Below, piece by piece: positions 58,952-64,000 of a DNA stretch of 64,000 nucleotides. Source of the stretch: Clostridiales bacterium. Lineage in GTDB: Bacteria > Bacillota > Desulfotomaculia > Desulfotomaculales > VENG01. Position 1 is the first letter of the stretch; each line of letters starts with the position of its first letter. The translations under genes and the position numbers were made by a program. Location of the stretch: assembly GCA_021736985.1 (NCBI GenBank), contig JAIPEW010000015.1:1764-65763 (forward strand). Reading direction: 5' to 3'. The notes beneath the pieces were generated by a model. That model saw nothing but the letters and a program-made list of their open reading frames with translations. It was not told the DNA's origin and searched no databases.

Positions 58952-60232
58952 TTACACTTCTCTGCTATTTTTTTTCTTTTGCTCTAGATTAAAAAATATT
59001 TCTGCAAACACTTTTTCTCTTCCGTTATTTTGAGGTTCATAATACTTTCTATCTTTGATCCGGTCAGGAAGGTACTGCTGATTTACCCAATTATTTGTAT
59101 AGTCATGAGGATATTTATAATCATTTCCGCGGCCTAACCTGGCAGCTCCTTTATAATGGCTGTCTTTTAGATGCATTGGAACTTCACCGGTAGCCCCACT
59201 TCTAATGTCCTCAATCACCTTGTTTAATGCTTCGTATGCACTGTTAGACTTGGGTGAAAGGCACAGTTCAATAACAGCTACGGCCAGGGGGGTCCGGGCC
59301 TCGGGAAGTCCCAACCGCTCAGCAGCCTGGCATGCAGAAACAACCCTGCTCCCTACGCCGGGATTAGCTAATCCAATATCCTCATAAGCAATCACCATTA
59401 ACCTGCGTAAAACTGGGGTTAAATCGCCGCCCTCAAGTATTTGTCCCAGGTAATGTATTGCCGCATGAACATCACTCCCGCGAATAGACTTATGAAAAGC
59501 ACTGAGCATATCATAATAGTTATCCCCATTTTTATCGAACCCCACGGCTTTCTTATACATGCATTCCTCCGCTGCCTGCATATCAACGCTGATTTTACCT
59601 GCTTCGGGAACAGCTGATAACACGGCTAACTCCAGTGCATTTAAAGAAGAACGCATATCTCCACCTGCTGCAAAAGATATAAAGTCGAATACATCTTCTG
59701 CAATGTTTACATCATATAATCCAAGGCCGTTTGTTTTATCTGTTAATGCACGGTTCAACCCTTTTTTTATCTCTTCAGCAGATAAAGACTTGAGCTCGTA
59801 TATTTGGCACCTGGAGCGTATAGTAGGATTTACATCATGATAAGGATTTTCGGTAGTAGCTCCTATTAATATAATCAGCCCGCTTTCTATATAAGGCAGC
59901 AAATAGTCCTGCTGAGCCTTGTTAAACCGGTGTATTTCATCGACGAAAAGCATAGATCTTCCTTGCTGCCTTGCTTTTTTTACAACAGTTTCCATGTCCT
60001 TTTTACCTGAATCTACAGCGTTAATTGCATAAAAAGGAAAGCCTGTAGTACCTGAAATTGCTCTTGCAATTGATGTTTTTCCCGTACCCGGCGGGCCATA
60101 TAATATCATGGGAGAAATCCGCCCTGCTTTTATCATGCGGTTTATTATTTTCCCTTCAGCAAGCAGGTGCTGTTGGCCAACAACTTCATTTATGTTCCCT
60201 GGTCTCATTCTGGACGCCAATGGTTTTTCCAT
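58952..60232 (-). CDS. rarA: replication-associated recombination protein A (AAA+ ATPase)
   Basis: RPGNINEVVGQQHL, GPPGTGKTS and DEIHRFNK motifs plus the MgsA C-terminal domain. Confidence 0.93.
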   Translation of the reverse strand: MEKPLASRMRPGNINEVVGQQHLLAEGKIINRMIKAGRISPMILYGPPGTGKTSIARAISGTTGFPFYAINAVDSGKKDMETVVKKARQQGRSMLFVDEIHRFNKAQQDYLLPYIESGLIILIGATTENPYHDVNPTIRSRCQIYELKSLSAEEIKKGLNRALTDKTNGLGLYDVNIAEDVFDFISFAAGGDMRSSLNALELAVLSAVPEAGKISVDMQAAEECMYKKAVGFDKNGDNYYDMLSAFHKSIRGSDVHAAIHYLGQILEGGDLTPVLRRLMVIAYEDIGLANPGVGSRVVSACQAAERLGLPEARTPLAVAVIELCLSPKSNSAYEALNKVIEDIRSGATGEVPMHLKDSHYKGAARLGRGNDYKYPHDYTNNWVNQQYLPDRIKDRKYYEPQNNGREKVFAEIFFNLEQKKKNSREV

Positions 60233-60253
60233 TTTATCCGTTCTCCTTTAGTT

Positions 60254-60668
60254 TGAAAACTTTGTTTTTGCTACTTGCCATTGACCCTCATTCGCTCCGT
60301 TTACCTCAAAGGCCAAACTAAAGCTAAGATTCAAGTCGCTCTCTCCGGAGCAACAGCAAGCTTAGTAGTTTTCATACTCCGGTGTGAACCGGAGGCTCGT
60401 GGGCGTTTTAATTTGAAAACTCTCTAAAAAGCTATGGTACTAAACGCAGGGTAAATTGAAAAGGCGTTGGATTGTTGCGTTGCTCAACCCGTCATTTGCG
60501 AAATATGATATGAAAGGTGGGAAGTGTGACAATTTGAGGAAGTCTGCTGCGTAGAGTTTTTCTTTTTCCCACCTCTAATTTCCACTTCTCACCTCTGCCC
60601 TTTACCCCGCCCTCCACCCTACTGTCAGAAGAGTTTTCATACAGCCAGAAACTCGTAAATATTTAATA
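60254..60668 (+). repeat. mosaic intergenic repeat, copy E (accessory module + main unit)
   Basis: Accessory module at 60255-60421 and main unit at 60422-60668. The 3' end overlaps the pheA stop codon at 60663-60665. Confidence 0.9.
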
Positions 60669-61793
60669 CATACATCTATGAGAAATAATTTCATGCTGGC
60701 GGGTAACAGAGTAATTTAGAATAATTTTAAATATTTCGCTTGCTACATAAGGATCAATACCTTTTTCCCTGGATTCTTGAGCTGCATTTTCTATGATTTC
60801 TTTTTCTCGGATTATATCTTTTATTCCATGCTTTTCTTTATAACAAGCAGCACGGTCAGTTAATTTCATTCTGTGATCCAGGAGTTCTAACAGTTTTTTA
60901 TCTACAACGTCAATGTCCCGGCGCAAATCCTGGAGTGTTTTCTCTATAGAGTAATTACAGATGCTTGTTTGTTCAGAATAATAAGACCCTGCTACTCTGA
61001 ATGTACTGCATTTATTTTTTATATTATCCATTACAATTTTTACTCGAGTATCATGTATATGCCCGCAAAAGTCAACAGTAAATATATATTCTCCTAGTTT
61101 TTTCTTGGAAGGTCGCGATTCTATCCTTGTCAAGTTAATATCTTGTAAAGCAAACTCGTTTAGTACTGCATTAAGGGCCCCCGGCCTGTCACTAATAGTA
61201 AAAATTACAGTAGTTTTGCAGTTCTTAATATATTTTATTTCCTCTTTGCCCAACAGGAAAAACCTGGTTACATTTTCAGAACCATTACCCGGATCATCTT
61301 CTAAAATTTGCAGGCGATATCTTCTGGCCGCTGCTTCCGAAGCCAGTGCTGCCCATGGGCGATTACTTTTGGATACTTCTTTTGCTGCATGAGCAGTACT
61401 AGCTGTTTCCACGAGGGTCGCCCCGGGTAGATTATTTTCCAAATAGCTTCTGCACTGGGCAAGTGCCTGGGGATGAGAGAATATTTTTCTAATATCTTTC
61501 ATGGCTACACCTGGTGGTACCAGTAAACAGTGCCGAACAGGCAGCAGTACTTCCCTGCATATTTTCAAATCTTTATATCTTATTAAAAGATCCATTGTTT
61601 GCCCTACCGGGCCTTCGTTTGAATTTTCTACAGGGAGTAAACCATTTTCCCACCATGCTTCCGTAATACCCCGGCATACTTCCTCCAGTGTATTGCAAGG
61701 TACAGTATATTTTTTATTCCACTGAAGATTACAGGTTACTGCTTCTTCGGAAAATGTTCCCTGCGGTCCTAAAAAAGCAATTCTATTTTCCAT
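60663..61793 (-). CDS. pheA: bifunctional prephenate dehydratase / chorismate mutase (PDT-ACT-CM order)
   Basis: PDT domain (IAFLGPQGTFSEEA), ACT domain (DRPGAL...L......INLT.IESRP), and a C-terminal AroQ-type chorismate mutase helix pattern (LR..ID..D..LL.LL..R). ATG at 61793 lies 5 nt after GAGGTGG. Confidence 0.88.
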   Translation of the reverse strand: MENRIAFLGPQGTFSEEAVTCNLQWNKKYTVPCNTLEEVCRGITEAWWENGLLPVENSNEGPVGQTMDLLIRYKDLKICREVLLPVRHCLLVPPGVAMKDIRKIFSHPQALAQCRSYLENNLPGATLVETASTAHAAKEVSKSNRPWAALASEAAARRYRLQILEDDPGNGSENVTRFFLLGKEEIKYIKNCKTTVIFTISDRPGALNAVLNEFALQDINLTRIESRPSKKKLGEYIFTVDFCGHIHDTRVKIVMDNIKNKCSTFRVAGSYYSEQTSICNYSIEKTLQDLRRDIDVVDKKLLELLDHRMKLTDRAACYKEKHGIKDIIREKEIIENAAQESREKGIDPYVASEIFKIILNYSVTRQHEIISHRCMY

Positions 61794-61836
61794 AATTTCC
61801 ACCTCGTAAATAGTAACATTTTTAAAAAGTTTTTAC

Positions 61837-61889
61837 AGGTGAGGGTAATACTTGCATTATTTATGCAACCGCTTCCCCTCACCTTTTTT
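61837..61889 (+). other. nested hairpin with T-tract on the plus strand, between aroF and pheA
   Basis: AGGTGAGGG...(inner TTGCAT/ATGCAA)...CCCTCACCT followed by TTTTTT. The U-tract follows the stem only in plus-sense RNA. Confidence 0.5.
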
Positions 61890-61927
61890 CATGCTATAAT
61901 ATTGTTTCTCGTATATAACAGTATTTT

Positions 61928-62956
61928 CTATACAACAGCTGGAGATAATTTGCCATTGATAACCCTGGACAGTTCTTCAATCTTACCAGCAAGAGTATAC
62001 ATTTCTTCGGGATACAAAGACTGGGGCCCGTCACTCAAGGCCTCCATGGGCTCCGGATGCATTTCTATTATCAAGCCGTCTGCCCCGGCTGCAATTGCAG
62101 CCATGGACATGGGGGAAACTAATTCCCGTTTTCCCGTACCATGGCTGGGATCTACTATCACAGGCAAGTGGCTCAACTCTTTTACCAGGGGAACAGCACT
62201 TAAATCAAGGGTATTGCGCGTATATTTTTCAAAACTCCTTATTCCACGTTCGCACAGCACAACATCAGGGTTACCCTCCGATAATATATATTCAGCTGAC
62301 ATAAGCCATTCTTCTACTGTAGCTGAAAGGCCCCTTTTTAAAAGAACTGGTTTGCCGCACCGGCCTACAGCTTTTAGCAGCTTAAAATTCTGCATATTCC
62401 TGGTTCCTATTTGCAGCATATCTACATAATTTAAAGCAATTTCCAGGCTGTGCTCATCCATTACTTCTGTCACTGCAGCCAGCCCGTTTTGTTCAGCTGC
62501 TTCTGCCATGTACTCCAGTCCTTTTTCTTCAAGTCCCTGGAAACTGTACGGTGATGTTCTCGGCTTGTAAGCTCCTCCCCTTAAAATACTTGCACCTGCA
62601 CCTGCAGCATGATATGCTGCAGCCTGAATTTGTTCCCTGCTCTCAACAGCACACGGGCCTGCAATTAACACTGGTTCACTTTCACCAAAAACGCTGCCTT
62701 TAACGTCAATACATGTATTACTCTCATGAACTTCCCTGCTGACCAGCTTGAATGGCTTCATGATAGAAATTACTTCCTTAACCCCGGGTAAAGTCTCCAG
62801 GTTCAAAACTTTAAGTGATTTTCTGTCTCCTACGGCACCAATAACAATTCTTTTAACACCTTTAATCAAGTAAGATTGAAAACCAAAACCAGTTAATTTA
62901 TCTTTTACAGCATTAACTTCTGCTTCACCTGCATTTACATCCATAACAATAACCAT
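61928..62956 (-). CDS. aroF: 3-deoxy-7-phosphoheptulonate (DAHP) synthase, type I-beta with N-terminal regulatory domain
   Basis: Core motifs GPCAVES, LRGGA.KPRTSPY, KRG and DPSH. ATG at 62956 follows GAAGGAGG. The longer track ORF reads through the T-box terminator. Confidence 0.9.
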   Translation of the reverse strand: MVIVMDVNAGEAEVNAVKDKLTGFGFQSYLIKGVKRIVIGAVGDRKSLKVLNLETLPGVKEVISIMKPFKLVSREVHESNTCIDVKGSVFGESEPVLIAGPCAVESREQIQAAAYHAAGAGASILRGGAYKPRTSPYSFQGLEEKGLEYMAEAAEQNGLAAVTEVMDEHSLEIALNYVDMLQIGTRNMQNFKLLKAVGRCGKPVLLKRGLSATVEEWLMSAEYILSEGNPDVVLCERGIRSFEKYTRNTLDLSAVPLVKELSHLPVIVDPSHGTGKRELVSPMSMAAIAAGADGLIIEMHPEPMEALSDGPQSLYPEEMYTLAGKIEELSRVINGKLSPAVV

Positions 62957-62988
62957 GCAAATTCCTCCTTCAATTTTTAAATATAAAT

Positions 62989-63398
62989 AAAAAAAACCGC
63001 TGCTCGCCCCCATGAGGACGAAAGCAGCGGCTTCCGCGGTACCACCTCGCTTGGTCATAAAGACCCACTAAGCAGGTACGGGAATAAATAATTCTCTAAT
63101 AAAATAAAAAAATTTTTCGCCTTAGGGACGAAAAATTTCGCGTTACCACCCTAGTTGGCATATATAAATGCCCACTTCTCTGGTAAGGTACGGGAACATT
63201 GATTACTCCGATACCCCTTTCCTTTTAACGGTGGAAATTTCCGTCACGGCCTACTTAATGATCGTGTTCAGCCGTGCAGTTCAGGAGAGAACTTCAGCAA
63301 GTCGTGTATTAGGAGTGCTCTCAGTCCACGACACTCTTTCCCTGTAAAACTGGGGCCTACCTACTTTTCTCCATCATCACCAGTACTTATTAAATTTT
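62989..63398 (-). promoter_or_regulatory. T-box leader with two successive T-box/terminator modules
   Basis: Reverse strand shows Stem I elements, T-box core AACTAGGGTGGTAACGCG (63156-63139) with a terminator, and a second core AAGCGAGGTGGTACCGCGG (63052-63034) with a terminator CCGCTGCT..AGCAGCGG + T8. Confidence 0.85.
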
Positions 63399-63402
63399 AT
63401 AT

Positions 63403-63432
63403 ATATTAGCATGAAACAACCTTACCCGTCAA
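63403..63432 (-). promoter_or_regulatory. putative sigma-A promoter of the T-box-aroF-pheA unit
   Basis: Reverse strand reads TTGACG-18 nt-TAATAT. Confidence 0.55.
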
Positions 63433-63448
63433 CGTAATTATTATTAAT

Positions 63449-64000
63449 TTAATTTAAAATTAAATTTGGTAAAAAAGTAGCAATCGACGGAAAAGATATT
63501 AAAATAATTAAGCAGATAACTAAAGATAATAAAAATGGCCATATACCCTTAAAAATTAATTCCAGGGGAATTTCCGGGGCAACCCCCTTAATAATATACA
63601 CGTTCATTCCTACTGGTGGAGTAATTACTCCCATGGCTACTACAATAACTATTATTACACCGAACCATACAGGATTATAACCGAGGATATCTACTACGAC
63701 GGGATAAAATACAGGTATAGTAAGTAGAATCAGTGCCAGGGCATCAATGAAACACCCAAGCAGTAAATAAATACCCAGTATTACTGCTATTACAGCAAAA
63801 GACGGCAGGGGTAAAGCACCGGTCCATTCCGCGAAAGCAGTAGGGATGCCGCTGATTGCCATGAAGCGGCCAAAAACAGATGCCCCGGCTACCAGCAGCA
63901 TAATCATGGCCGCAGTCCGGGTAGTATCATAAAGGGATTTTTTAAACCCATCCCAGCTTAAGCGTTTTTCTAAAAGAGCCACACCAAGAATACCTGCTGC
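63449..64000 (-). CDS. TRAP transporter large permease (DctM family), C-terminal part; gene starts beyond the window end
   Basis: Hydrophobic C-terminal ~180 aa with a DctM-like pattern. The frame stays open to the window edge. Confidence 0.8.
   Translation of the reverse strand, partial: AAGILGVALLEKRLSWDGFKKSLYDTTRTAAMIMLLVAGASVFGRFMAISGIPTAFAEWTGALPLPSFAVIAVILGIYLLLGCFIDALALILLTIPVFYPVVVDILGYNPVWFGVIIVIVVAMGVITPPVGMNVYIIKGVAPEIPLELIFKGIWPFLLSLVICLIILISFPSIATFLPNLILN

Noticed and set aside
58945-58956. The convergent sqdX and rarA stop codons are separated by a single nucleotide (TAGATTA), with no terminator.
   Set aside because: The observation is real but unremarkable. It implies overlapping 3' UTRs only, and nothing further can be inferred from the sequence.
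62957-63058. The N-terminal extension of the DAHP synthase ORF to 63058.
   Set aside because: The extension reads through the second T-box terminator. The ATG at 62956 has a GAAGGAGG RBS and matches the start of the regulatory domain.

Overview
This is a 64-kb chromosomal window from a moderately AT-rich, spore-forming anaerobic Firmicute of the Clostridia type. The species cannot be determined from the sequence alone. About 60 genes are present and most are housekeeping. (1) 0.1-28 kb, mostly minus strand: a Bacillus 'ylo'-like conserved cluster (rpe, rsgA, prkC, prpC, rlmN, rsmB, fmt, def, priA, coaBC, rpoZ, gmk, remA, yicC, Ca-ATPase, rqcH). It carries lineage-specific insertions: an FHA protein, a SEDS protein, DUF116, and aspC-dapL-dapF. 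(2) 28-30.6 kb: an alpha/beta-type SASP gene (58 codons, missing from the ORF track), a Cys-rich orphan, a ferredoxin with an Arg/Gly-rich tail, and a YdjC-like deacetylase. (3) 30.7-39.7 kb: a complete anaerobic cobalamin (cbi) operon behind a cobalamin riboswitch. (4) 39.7-50.6 kb: an ADP-ribosylglycohydrolase and a pyr operon with two PyrR attenuators. (5) 50.6-64 kb: transporters, a cell-wall glucosaminidase, a PAP2-sqdB-sqdX sulfolipid cluster, rarA, and an aroF-pheA operon behind an unusual double T-box leader. No transposase, integrase, cas, reverse transcriptase, toxin-antitoxin, recognisable defence gene, tRNA or rRNA was seen. The main unexplained signal is a non-coding, hairpin-forming mosaic repeat family. 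It occurs at six intergenic loci: 12.6-13.1, 15.9-16.3, 52.4-52.6, 53.7-53.8, 55.3-55.6 and 60.3-60.7 kb. It is built from reusable modules, has one variant-core copy and one core-less copy, and I cannot assign it to any family I know. All similarity statements come from by-eye reading and recalled family motifs. No database search was run.
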